Shown: positions 1 through 9,418, counted from the first letter of the stretch. The stretch is DNA of 64,000 nt from Candidatus Scalindua arabica (GCA_018263435.1 JAANXD010000074.1:9197-73196); one strand, 5' to 3'. Notes: a model not told the origin generated them from the sequence alone. Numbers and translations: made by a program.

Positions 1-68
1 ATCGGCAAAATCGCACAGCCGGCAATAACAGCCAGCATTAATAAATAGCCTCTAACTGAATGAACCAT
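1..68 (-). CDS. lipoprotein-like protein, N-terminal fragment (gene runs off the left edge)
   Basis: ATG at 68-66 follows a purine-rich AAGGAG stretch. MVHSVRGYLLMLAVIAGCAILP has a lipobox-like IAGC. Only 22 codons are visible. Confidence 0.3.
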   Translation of the reverse strand, partial: MVHSVRGYLLMLAVIAGCAILP

Positions 69-336
69 TCTTCTCTGTTCTCCTTTCTTCTCTAGACTAA
101 AAGATACCAATCCAAATAAGGTCTAAAAAAACTCAAATATGGTTAATAAAATGCTACAAATATTATATCTGATTCTTCTCAACTCACAAGTCAATGTTAA
201 TATTTACTCACAAACATAAACACCATGTGTATCAACGTTTTAGAGTAAATACGTAAATTCCACACCTACTCGTTACAGATGGTGAATTATACTTATAACG
301 GATTACTTGTCAAGCGGATTTTGAGATAAAATGAAA

Positions 337-379
337 TAAAAAAAGCTGGCATAGCTTTCAAACTCCTGCTATGCCAGCT
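337..379 (-). terminator. Rho-independent terminator downstream of hzsA
   Basis: Perfect 12-bp stem AGCTGGCATAGC (344-355) / GCTATGCCAGCT (368-379), followed on the minus strand by a T run (338-343). It lies about 55 nt after the hzsA stop. Confidence 0.65.
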
Positions 380-434
380 TTGTGTTAATAAATGCTCTAA
401 ACTGAGCATCAAGAATTCAAAAATACTACAATCC

Positions 435-2855
435 TTATTTGCCTCGATATCCTGGATAAGGGTCTGGGCCCTGAATATTATCCCACTGAGCGCCCAAATC
501 TACCCATTCAACAAACAAGAATCTTTCTTCTGGTGTCAACATCTTATTATGCATAACCCTAGCTTCAATTGGTATAGCTTTAGCCCTTGGTGCAAACTGT
601 GACAATTCTTCTTCATACAAACGCCATATGAGAAGACTGTTTATAGCAGCACTAGGGTTAACATACTTTCCACCAATGTTAGTATCCCTTCCTCTCTGTG
701 GAGCCAACAGACTGTTATATGATTGGCTGAATGCAGCAACACCATTAACAGATACCAGATCTGTGCTACCACTCAGATTAGGAGTCTGAGTATGACCATG
801 ACAAGAAGCGCACTTTGCGTCTATTATTGGCTGAATGTCTCTCCTGAAGTCAACTGTTCTCAGTTTGTCGATATAAAGACCTTCAACTGTCGCAGAAGTA
901 GTACCTGAAGCACCACCATAATAAACGTCTGCCGGTACCATAACGCTATCACCGTGCTTTACTCCGGCATACTTTCCATTCTTGTCAACTCTTAAGTGTT
1001 CCCACATAAACGGAGAATCATAATGGCTCAAATCACTGAACCACCAGTTATAAAGAGCTTTGGTATGAATGTTCAGATAACCCTTCTTATCATAAGAACC
1101 CCAGTGACAGCCCGTACAAATTCTTCCACCATAAGGCCTTACATATGCCCATGCCAGTTGTGTCTGTACTGCCATTCCTCTGTCATCCAGTATCTGTGTG
1201 CAGTAAGGCTCATCACCTGGATGTGAACTTACAACTGAACCATCATCCTCAACATACTGATAACCAAACATACGTCTTTGTGAGAAAGATGTACCTGAGT
1301 TAGAGCTTGATTTATCGCCACCAAGAAGATGGCTACCAGCACCCTGTACAAACCTGCTGGCATCCGGCTCATTAGTCTCTACTGCGTTAAGTACCCTTAT
1401 AGCCTTTATATCACCATGCTCCATTACCTTTGCTCTCTGATGTGGATATGGACCAATCGGAAGATTTGTCAATGTTGTATCAAAGCATATAGTTGTACTC
1501 CATGAGTGAGGATATCCCTCAACATTAACCTGGTCAAATGGCTGGTACGTTACAGTTGTAACACCAAAATGATCACCTGCAACAAATGCATTTATCCATC
1601 TTGGTTTGTAACGTGGATAAACAGGCTGAGGCTGATGATCATTCCACTCCGGATCATCATAAACTACCTCAGAAACTGTACCATTGTCAACACTGAACCA
1701 GTGTAGACCAAAGTCACGTCTTTCAGCAGAAGAAACCATTAAACGGCCATCCGGCAATGGATGCGGACTTCTGTAGAGTCTGCCATCATTGCTCAACCTG
1801 GATTGCGTTTTAGCATGAGGAGTAGTCCAGCTAACCCTGGCAAGATTACCTATACCAGAATTATTGTCCAAAGCCTCAATGTAATACACATAACCATCTG
1901 AAGCCTCTTTTGCCGAAACCTTAGGCGTGCTTGGCTGCTCGCTAACCTCATTACCATAGATGTGTCTTGGGTAAGCGCCAGTCCAGTTGTTAACTAACAG
2001 GCATGTGCTGCCTTTAGAATTATTATGTGTACCATTTGCCTGTGTACTGCTGTACAAGATGTTTCCATCACGAGTCAGTGTAGGATCAAAATTTGAACTT
2101 ACATTGTATGTGATCTGGTCAATAACAGTATCAACATTCGGCATATCGATACCTACTAATAAGTGACCGCAGATACGATCCATAGACTTTCCACCCTGCG
2201 GATCAAGCCTGTATAAGTCAAAAGCGAATGGTCTTCCAAATTCATCTATTGAACCATCTGGAGAATAAGCAACCATCAGGAAACCCATCTTTGGAACTGT
2301 ACCACGAGGAGCCCAGTCACCTTCAAAATACCTGGCCCTTGATATAACTCTACCTTCACCTTCCTCAATAGCACCGGCTGCATAATAGAGAGGGGACCTG
2401 AATGTACCAGGCGCATCAGTCATCTGCCTTACGCCTGAACCATCAATATTCATCTCCCATATCTGACTGCCACCACCATTTTTGTGAACACCTGCAAATG
2501 CAATCTTTGAACAATCCCAGTTAAGGCAAGGATCATAAGCGCTCTGGAAATCTTTTGTAAGCACAGTCACTTTCCTTGACTTCATGTTGTAAGACACAAT
2601 CCTGCTATCATTAGATACGTAATTAGGGTATTGATGATACGGGTCGCCTGCCAGTGTAGGCTTTGACTGGGTAAAAACAACAGACTCAACGTTTCCTTGA
2701 ATCTGTTTTGACATACCCCAGTAATCCGCCCAAATAGCTTCACCAGGCTTTGGACCACCAGTCATAACCTGCGCCTGACAGTCAGCACTGCTAAAAAGCC
2801 CCCATATTGCAACAACACCAACCAATGCTATTGACTTTAAAAATCCCATCTTCAT
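435..2855 (-). CDS. hzsA: hydrazine synthase alpha subunit
   Basis: The ORF track gives 435-2897 (GTG). ATG at 2855 is preferred: it has AAGGAG upstream and yields an MKMGFLKSIALVGVVAIWG signal peptide (806 aa). The protein contains YFEGDW, SHYDSPF and two haem c sites (CTGCH, CASCH). 2313-2330 is an exact match to the hzsA_526F primer TAYTTTGAAGGDGACTGG as I recall it. Confidence 0.9.
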   Translation of the reverse strand: MKMGFLKSIALVGVVAIWGLFSSADCQAQVMTGGPKPGEAIWADYWGMSKQIQGNVESVVFTQSKPTLAGDPYHQYPNYVSNDSRIVSYNMKSRKVTVLTKDFQSAYDPCLNWDCSKIAFAGVHKNGGGSQIWEMNIDGSGVRQMTDAPGTFRSPLYYAAGAIEEGEGRVISRARYFEGDWAPRGTVPKMGFLMVAYSPDGSIDEFGRPFAFDLYRLDPQGGKSMDRICGHLLVGIDMPNVDTVIDQITYNVSSNFDPTLTRDGNILYSSTQANGTHNNSKGSTCLLVNNWTGAYPRHIYGNEVSEQPSTPKVSAKEASDGYVYYIEALDNNSGIGNLARVSWTTPHAKTQSRLSNDGRLYRSPHPLPDGRLMVSSAERRDFGLHWFSVDNGTVSEVVYDDPEWNDHQPQPVYPRYKPRWINAFVAGDHFGVTTVTYQPFDQVNVEGYPHSWSTTICFDTTLTNLPIGPYPHQRAKVMEHGDIKAIRVLNAVETNEPDASRFVQGAGSHLLGGDKSSSNSGTSFSQRRMFGYQYVEDDGSVVSSHPGDEPYCTQILDDRGMAVQTQLAWAYVRPYGGRICTGCHWGSYDKKGYLNIHTKALYNWWFSDLSHYDSPFMWEHLRVDKNGKYAGVKHGDSVMVPADVYYGGASGTTSATVEGLYIDKLRTVDFRRDIQPIIDAKCASCHGHTQTPNLSGSTDLVSVNGVAAFSQSYNSLLAPQRGRDTNIGGKYVNPSAAINSLLIWRLYEEELSQFAPRAKAIPIEARVMHNKMLTPEERFLFVEWVDLGAQWDNIQGPDPYPGYRGK

Positions 2856-2928
2856 AAGTTGGTTTACTCCTTTCCTTTTTAATGTTAATTGAAACACAAA
2901 TTATAAGACAACGAAAGTTTTCATAGAG

Positions 2929-2959
2929 AATAGTCTCCAGCAATTAGCTGGAGACTATT
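2929..2959 (-). other. intercistronic stem-loop between the fused HZS subunit gene and hzsA
   Basis: 13-bp arms AATAGTCTCCAGC / GCTGGAGACTATT with a 5-nt loop and no following T run. It sits in the 80-nt gap 2898-2977. Confidence 0.45.
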
Positions 2960-2977
2960 TTCCCTAATAAAGAACTA

Positions 2978-5050
2978 TTATAAAGCCTTCATGAACTCAA
3001 CAAGATCCTGCAACTCTTGATTACTCAGATGTGATGTAACCCCATGCATATCTTGTGTAGTAGCTGTATTATCTATGGTATTCATCAGAGTCTCAGCGCT
3101 ACCATCATGGAAATATGTACCTGAAGCGTAAATATCTCTCAATGTAGGCGTATCAAACTCTTTTACAAGATCAAGTCCGATAATTGGAACATCGTACTCT
3201 TCACCATAAGGATCAACACCGGTCTCAAGAACTGTTGTATTAAACACAGCTCCAGGAGTTGTCCTGAATCCATCAGCACCAATTCTACCTGTTCCAACGT
3301 CATGAGTCTGTGCGTCACTGAATAAGGCTCTTGGGTTCTTTGGATCGCCAGGATGGCACTCAATACATCCAACCTTAGGATCACTAAATACCTTCCAGCC
3401 TCTCTTCTGTGCTTCTGTCATTGAACCATCTTCATTCCTGAAAGGACTTCCTGTAAACTCTAAAGACCTGATGTAAGCAATCAAGGCCTCTAATCTTTCA
3501 GGAGAGAAATTCTCACTTCTGAACACAAATCCAGGATCTCGTCCGCATACCCTGTCGATCGATGAAGCAGCTCCAACGATTTCATCAGGATGACCTGTAA
3601 ATCCTTCATGCCTGAACGGAGGAAGATACCTTCCGCCTCGGATATACTTTGTGTTCTTCCAACTGCCCCATCCTTCATCTCCAAGATCCCAGATCAAGCC
3701 TGTTGTCTGACCTCTTTCATAGTGGCAGCTTGCACATGAATACTCACCCTGCAGTGTCCATGATGCTTCATTAAACTGGAACTGTCCATATCGGACCAAT
3801 TCGCTCTTGTAAGGAGAGTGCTTCACCCTGTAATGTACTTCAGGAACTGTCAACGGCTCTCCCCTTGGAAGCGGCTCCCACACAATACCTGTCTGTACTG
3901 TATCCATAACCTGAGGGTCATCACCTGTCTGGATAATTGACAAGTCATTTGTGAAATAGTTTGCAGCGTATAAAGTCTTATCATCCGGAGAAAGAGCAAC
4001 TGAACTTGGGCCGAGGCCTACATTTACCCTTTTAACCAGATAATCAACCATCAAAGTCAGGTCATTCTTCATGTCATCAAGCTCTTCCTGAGTGCTTGAA
4101 GAAACGATAGCAAGCAACGCTTCCAGATCAAGGACAGTTATCCTGTGCATACTCCTGATACCAATAAAAACATACTTTCCTTCTGAATCAATTGCTAATC
4201 CATAAGGATTACCATCGTAATTGTTGTGCTCATCCAGAGGCATGCTTGCAACCTTTCCACCGGCCTTGGTCTCAACAACAGCAATGTTGTTTGAGAATAT
4301 CTGTGCATTCTCCGCTTCACATACAGGCAGCCAGTTCTTTGGCTGTTCCATTGTAACAAGCACATATGCTCCATCAGGCGTATACTCAATACCTCTCAAG
4401 TTTGCACTCTGATATATATTTCTGTGCTCAGTAACCCTTCCTGTTGCAAGATCTATGAAGTCAATACCCCTGTTGATCTTACCTGTTGTATCAAGGCATA
4501 CTGCCGCAGTTTTTCCGTCAGGGGAAATAGCTATATCCCTTGGGCCGTAATCAGTTGTCCTGATCTCACCGATTTTGCTATTCATCGCAGTGTCAATGAT
4601 ATCAACTGAATTCCACATACTACCGGAACAACATACATAAGCCTTTGAACCGTCTTTAGACAGCTTGATACTACAAGGCCAGTCACCAACTTTTATTGTC
4701 TTAACAACCGCCTTGTTACCTACATCAATAACTGATACAGTATCACTCTCTGCATTACACACATACAAAGTACGTCCGTCCAGTGAAAACACAGACGCTT
4801 CAGGTTGAACCTGAACAGGAACCTCTCCGGTCACCTTGTTAGACCTCGCATCAACAAACGTCACGCTATGGCCAGACTGATTGCTCAAAGCCAATGTCCC
4901 ACCATCAGGCGAAACAGACACGTGAAATGGTGATGGATGCTCTGTTCTCACCCTTGTACCCTGTATGAAGCCGGCACCGGCGCTTTGAGCCAATGCTAAG
5001 CTCAACACCCCAGCACCCAAGAAACCTAATAACCAAGCCTTTTTCTTCAT
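2978..5050 (-). CDS. hzsBC: hydrazine synthase fused beta-propeller (N-terminal) + di-haem cytochrome c peroxidase/MauG-like (C-terminal) subunit
   Basis: 690 aa with signal peptide MKKKAWLLGFLGAGVLSLALA. The N-terminal half has YVTN-type propeller repeats (SPDG..L....SV..ID). The C-terminal half has CASCH and CIECH plus GWGSWK and QTHDVGT. 3656-3675 and 3291-3310 match the hzsB_396F/742R primers as I recall them. Confidence 0.88.
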   Translation of the reverse strand: MKKKAWLLGFLGAGVLSLALAQSAGAGFIQGTRVRTEHPSPFHVSVSPDGGTLALSNQSGHSVTFVDARSNKVTGEVPVQVQPEASVFSLDGRTLYVCNAESDTVSVIDVGNKAVVKTIKVGDWPCSIKLSKDGSKAYVCCSGSMWNSVDIIDTAMNSKIGEIRTTDYGPRDIAISPDGKTAAVCLDTTGKINRGIDFIDLATGRVTEHRNIYQSANLRGIEYTPDGAYVLVTMEQPKNWLPVCEAENAQIFSNNIAVVETKAGGKVASMPLDEHNNYDGNPYGLAIDSEGKYVFIGIRSMHRITVLDLEALLAIVSSSTQEELDDMKNDLTLMVDYLVKRVNVGLGPSSVALSPDDKTLYAANYFTNDLSIIQTGDDPQVMDTVQTGIVWEPLPRGEPLTVPEVHYRVKHSPYKSELVRYGQFQFNEASWTLQGEYSCASCHYERGQTTGLIWDLGDEGWGSWKNTKYIRGGRYLPPFRHEGFTGHPDEIVGAASSIDRVCGRDPGFVFRSENFSPERLEALIAYIRSLEFTGSPFRNEDGSMTEAQKRGWKVFSDPKVGCIECHPGDPKNPRALFSDAQTHDVGTGRIGADGFRTTPGAVFNTTVLETGVDPYGEEYDVPIIGLDLVKEFDTPTLRDIYASGTYFHDGSAETLMNTIDNTATTQDMHGVTSHLSNQELQDLVEFMKAL

Positions 5051-5099
5051 TCTTCACCTCCAAAACATAAAATTATAAAATTGTATTGCAACATCACTA

Positions 5100-5696
5100 C
5101 TAAAAATCAGGAACATGAGGACATGTTCCTGACTCCCTGCAAAGGGTGTCAAGCGGTCCTCCACACTCCTTACAATTACCGTATGTCAATAGATGTTCTG
5201 CATATTCCTTCTTTTCATCAATCTCAAACCCTGCTCCCGGTTCGGTAAACTCCTTACCACATTTTGTACACTTGAAGTCAAGCTTTGCTCTAGTCATATT
5301 AGCTGTCAAGTCATCATTGCACAATTCGCAAAAGCCAATGTTAAAAGCATAGCAAGTCTTGGAATTCTCACATTTATCGTTTACGCAATGATATGTTTTC
5401 CTTAAACATGACCAAGTCTCTTCCATTTTATGCGTAGCAACTTCTTCACCAGCTTTATGTTTCTTGGTATCCCAGATGTATTTCAGATTACCGCATTCAT
5501 TCCAGGTAAAGACCTCCTTGCATACTGTGCACCAAAACAACTTTTCATTCTCTTTCTTTGGACATGCTTTTTCGCCCTCTGCTACTGCAAAATTCATCTG
5601 GCTACCCAAGAACAAAACCACACAAAGAAAGGCACTAAATAACAAAGCTTTGCCAATGTAACGTCTTAATGTATACACCTCTTCACCCCCTTTCAT
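5100..5696 (-). CDS. exported Cys-rich protein with four CxxC pairs (two zinc-ribbon/rubredoxin-like knuckle pairs), family unknown
   Basis: 198 aa with a hydrophobic N-terminus ending AVA/EGE. The mature part has 16 Cys including CTVC, CELC, CTKC and CKEC. An alternative GTG start at 5678 has a GGGGG SD. It lies 49 nt upstream of the fused HZS gene on the same strand. Confidence 0.6.
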   Translation of the reverse strand: MKGGEEVYTLRRYIGKALLFSAFLCVVLFLGSQMNFAVAEGEKACPKKENEKLFWCTVCKEVFTWNECGNLKYIWDTKKHKAGEEVATHKMEETWSCLRKTYHCVNDKCENSKTCYAFNIGFCELCNDDLTANMTRAKLDFKCTKCGKEFTEPGAGFEIDEKKEYAEHLLTYGNCKECGGPLDTLCRESGTCPHVPDF

Positions 5697-5734
5697 ACTA
5701 TTTTAACAATATAACACGCAATATACCAGGAAAG

Positions 5735-5750
5735 AGCATATCACGTGCCA
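5735..5750 (-). promoter_or_regulatory. candidate sigma54 (-24/-12) promoter for the Cys-rich protein/HZS genes
   Basis: The minus strand reads TGGCACGTGATATGCT. GG and GC are spaced exactly as in the consensus TGGCACG-N4-TTGCW. It is about 40 nt upstream of ATG 5696 and adjacent to an NtrC-type activator gene. Confidence 0.5.
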
Positions 5751-5935
5751 AAGCACTACTGCCTTATACATTTGACGTAAGCCATTTAGCACGAAAGCCT
5801 TGATTAAAAGCTTTCGAAAGCACTTTCCAAATGGCACCAAAAAACTGGCTCAAAAAAGCCAATATGCCATTCCAACCGCCAGTAATCTATCAAAAACTGC
5901 AATCAAAATCAATAATTTTAATTTTAATAAGCAGC

Positions 5936-7324
5936 TTAGTTATTATCGTATTTTTCCAATCTATACCTGAATGTTCCCCTGGTAAGACCCAGCAACTTAG
6001 CCGCCTTAGTTTTATTGTTTTTGCTTTTCTTCAGCGCCTGCAAAACAAGGTGCTTTTCCAATTCATCTATTGAAATCCCCTCTGGCGGCAGATTAAAATC
6101 CACCATCTTTAATACATTCCCTTTACCATTCTCATAGCCCGACACAGAATCCCTAACTAAAGCCAGCGGAAGATGTTCTTCTGATATCAAGTCACCCTTA
6201 CTCAGGATTACGGCTCTTTCCAGGCAATTTCTCAACTCCCTCACATTGCCCTCCCACCTGCTTGAAACAAGTATCTTTTCTACTTTCTTTGTCATTTTTA
6301 ACGATAGTTTACCCATTTTAACAGAAAACTGCTCAACAAAGTCCCGTGCTAATGGCAAAATATCCTCAGGCCTTGCCCTGAGTGGAGGTATATTTATTGG
6401 AAACACATTAACGCGATAATATAAATCCTCTCTAAATTGACCTTTTTTAACATACTCTTCAAGATTTTTATTACTGGCACATATAATCCTTACATCAACT
6501 TTAACTGTTTCCGACCCTCCAAGCCGCTCCAGCTCTCTTTCTTCAACAACTCTTAACACTTTGGCTTGAACAATGGGATTCATTTCCGATATTTCATCGA
6601 GAAACAGAGTGCCTCCGTTAGCCAACTCAAAACGGCCTTTCTTGCATTTCTCTGCACCAGTAAATGCACCCTTTTCATAACCAAACAATTCACTCTCTAA
6701 TAAATTCTCAGGCAACGCAGCACAGTTTATCGTAACTAATGGGCCGCTCTTCCTTAAACTATTAAAATGGATGGCCCTTGCTACAAGCTCTTTCCCCGTA
6801 CCACTTTCTCCATAGATAAATACGGTAGAATCCGTTCTGGAAACATCTCCAGCTAATAAAAGCACTTCTAATATCTTAGGTGAATTACCAATAATATTTC
6901 CAAAATTATAATGCGACTCTAACTCCTTTCGAAGATACCTGTTTTCCATTGTCAAAGATCTCATTTTCAGGGCTTTTTCTACTGCGACAGAAAGCGTACC
7001 ATCTTCAAATGGTTTTGTAATGTAATCAAACGCTCCTTCCTTCATCGATTCAACCGCCGTCTCGATGGAGTCATCCCCTGTCACAACAATCACAGGCAGT
7101 TCAGGATCCATTGACTTCACCTGTTTCAAGAATTCTAATCTGCCCACCTTGGGTACTCGCAGATCAGTAATGATTAAATGAAGCCTTTCGTGCTCAACAA
7201 AATCAACTATCGAAGTTACGTCTTGCGCCTTAACAACTTCGATATTTTCCATCTCGTCAAAAATAACCTTGATATTGCGTATTATACGTTCCTCGTCATC
7301 AGTTATCAGCACCCTGCTAACCAT
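5936..7324 (-). CDS. sigma54-dependent response regulator (NtrC family: REC + AAA+ + Fis-type HTH)
   Basis: 462 aa: REC with DDEE and [15 protein letters not shown] Walker [16 protein letters not shown] (GAFTGA loop), and a C-terminal [20 protein letters not shown]. Confidence 0.9.
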   Translation of the reverse strand: MVSRVLITDDEERIIRNIKVIFDEMENIEVVKAQDVTSIVDFVEHERLHLIITDLRVPKVGRLEFLKQVKSMDPELPVIVVTGDDSIETAVESMKEGAFDYITKPFEDGTLSVAVEKALKMRSLTMENRYLRKELESHYNFGNIIGNSPKILEVLLLAGDVSRTDSTVFIYGESGTGKELVARAIHFNSLRKSGPLVTINCAALPENLLESELFGYEKGAFTGAEKCKKGRFELANGGTLFLDEISEMNPIVQAKVLRVVEERELERLGGSETVKVDVRIICASNKNLEEYVKKGQFREDLYYRVNVFPINIPPLRARPEDILPLARDFVEQFSVKMGKLSLKMTKKVEKILVSSRWEGNVRELRNCLERAVILSKGDLISEEHLPLALVRDSVSGYENGKGNVLKMVDFNLPPEGISIDELEKHLVLQALKKSKNNKTKAAKLLGLTRGTFRYRLEKYDNN

Positions 7325-7366
7325 AAAAATACCCTACGAAAAATTGGAACAGCAAATTTTTGCTTA

Positions 7367-8278
7367 TCAGAACGCAAAAATACTAAAAATATCAAAATGA
7401 ATATTTTTGGTCAAATCTACAAAAACAGAAGCAAGGGAACATATTAGCGACGACAACATAAAACCGACCATAAGCAAACCAACTCCAAGAAGCGGAAGCC
7501 CCATCAGCTTAGATACAAACTTGGCCTTGCGAGATGCAGGTGGAACCTTAAGCTCCTCCAACTGCCCTTCTTCTTTCAACCTCTCATAATAAACACCTCT
7601 CTCGTGCTTAAAGTGCTCTTCGTCAATCCTTCCAGTAAACATTGCTTCATCTACAGGTATATTCTCCGGCAAGAGGTGGGTATGCAAAAAGTGAATGGAA
7701 AAGATGAAGCCTGCAGCCAGCAAGGCTTCATACCTGTGAGCAACGAGTGCGATGCTTGGCAAATCTATAAAGGTCGCAAGTTCAGCAGGTACTAAATTCG
7801 CGGATTGTACTGGAAACCAAAGGATAAATCCTGTAACAGCCATAACCATAGTGCCCCACATAAGCGAAAGATATTCAAACTTTTCCCAATAGATATATCT
7901 ATCAAACTGTGGCCTTTTCCCCAATCTGAAAAACCACAAGATATCTCCCAATATATTTAATAAATCCTTTGGCTGAATCAACAAAGATTCCGGTCCCCAG
8001 AAAATGTTCCTATTCTTCCTTACAAGGGTTTCAAAGGCTAGAAACGCAAAGTGCAGAAAGGTTGCAACAAAAGTTATCAAAGCACAAATCCTGTGAATAT
8101 TACCAGCGGTAGGATAACCACCCATAAGATTATACAGGAAGTGAGCCCATCCATAATCTTTGAAAACCAGCGGCATTCCGGTTAACACCAACCCAAAGAA
8201 ACTAATTATTATAAGAAAATGACCAAAACGGTGAAACAGGCCAAATCTTAGATAAGTAGTATTACCATTACTTGTCAT
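7367..8278 (-). CDS. cytochrome b-like integral membrane subunit of the HZS-associated electron-transfer module (FdnI/hydrogenase cytochrome b type)
   Basis: 303 aa with multiple TM helices carrying conserved His (HRFGH, HRICA, HRYEA, HFLHTH). Its ATG at 8278 overlaps the upstream stop by 11 nt. Confidence 0.75.
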   Translation of the reverse strand: MTSNGNTTYLRFGLFHRFGHFLIIISFFGLVLTGMPLVFKDYGWAHFLYNLMGGYPTAGNIHRICALITFVATFLHFAFLAFETLVRKNRNIFWGPESLLIQPKDLLNILGDILWFFRLGKRPQFDRYIYWEKFEYLSLMWGTMVMAVTGFILWFPVQSANLVPAELATFIDLPSIALVAHRYEALLAAGFIFSIHFLHTHLLPENIPVDEAMFTGRIDEEHFKHERGVYYERLKEEGQLEELKVPPASRKAKFVSKLMGLPLLGVGLLMVGFMLSSLICSLASVFVDLTKNIHFDIFSIFAF

Positions 8279-9281
8279 GTTCTGATTCCTTTCCTTTTCG
8301 CTCGTCCAATAATGTGCCTAACCACGACAAAAGCATATGCGTTCCAAATTGTGCAAAGGTTATTACCAAAATGCCCACATACATAATGAAGAGAATTGTC
8401 AATATTATCTGCGGACTCTTTATAATGCTGCCAAGCTGACCAGGATCTTTCCTGATATTCAGCAAGGCACCAACCGCAGATTTGTAATAACCAAGGTTTT
8501 TATATTGCGGATGTGCTACATGTTTAATAAAGCTATCACTGGCACCCGGATGGCATTTACCGCACGTCTCTTTAGCATTTTCCGGGCCCAGAGTAGACTC
8601 TGGATCTGATGAGTTCAATATGGTATGTTGGCCATGACAATCAACACACGTTGCTATGTCAGTATCTACATGCCCCATCGCTGTAACCTGGCCATGCAGA
8701 TTATTACGATAAGAATCATAGTATTCAGTGTGACACCCACCACATTTTCCTATAGTATCCATCCTGTGATACAAATCATCAGCCCTGGGAGTATCACGTT
8801 TGGACTTCTCTCCTGCATGGCAATGTTTACAGGTAGGAAGCTCCACACCTTTTTCCCGCATCAAATTTGCGTGACTACCTTCAAGAAATGTTTCGGCAGG
8901 ATCGTCATGACAAAATGTTATACAATCAACAGGCTGCAAATTAGGATAATGCTCGCCTTCTGATTCTTCTAAATCAGCATGACAATCAATACAGTAAAAA
9001 TCCTCACCGCCATGAGCAGATGCATGATATGCATCTTCATCAACCAGCATAGAGACAAGCTCTACTTCGCCGGTAACAGGATCGATTCTTACCTTATCCT
9101 CCACCTCTGCAGGATCTGTATGACACTCTAGACAGTCACTATTCTCCTGAGCGAAGATATTTTCTGAAGAAAAAGTAGAAGTGAAAAACAAAAGACATGA
9201 GAAAAGAGATGAAATAAATACAAATCTACAAACTTTACTATCCCTATATATTTTTATCGTTGTTTTCAGCAAAGATACCAC
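8268..9281 (-). CDS. membrane-anchored hepta-haem cytochrome c
   Basis: Six CxxCH motifs (CLECH, CIDCH, CKHCH, CGGCH, CVDCH, CGKCH) plus one CITFCH (CX3CH), and a C-terminal TM. The track start is 9359 (TTG). GTG at 9281 is preferred because of a GAGGAGG SD and the resulting signal peptide. Confidence 0.85.
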   Translation of the reverse strand: MVSLLKTTIKIYRDSKVCRFVFISSLFSCLLFFTSTFSSENIFAQENSDCLECHTDPAEVEDKVRIDPVTGEVELVSMLVDEDAYHASAHGGEDFYCIDCHADLEESEGEHYPNLQPVDCITFCHDDPAETFLEGSHANLMREKGVELPTCKHCHAGEKSKRDTPRADDLYHRMDTIGKCGGCHTEYYDSYRNNLHGQVTAMGHVDTDIATCVDCHGQHTILNSSDPESTLGPENAKETCGKCHPGASDSFIKHVAHPQYKNLGYYKSAVGALLNIRKDPGQLGSIIKSPQIILTILFIMYVGILVITFAQFGTHMLLSWLGTLLDERKGKESEHDK

Positions 9282-9386
9282 TTTATGATTTCCTCCTCTT
9301 GTTTGAAAGAAAGATAGTACATTTAAACAGTGGGTCAAACTTTCACTACAGCTACGCAACTTTTATTAAAAAGCAGAACACAATCA

Positions 9387-9418
9387 TCTCCCCTCCTCAT
9401 AAATAGAAGGAGGGGAGA
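9387..9418 (-). other. intercistronic stem-loop between the tri-haem and hepta-haem genes
   Basis: 11-bp GC-rich arms TCTCCCCTCCT / AGGAGGGGAGA with a 10-nt loop and no T run directly after it. Confidence 0.45.
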
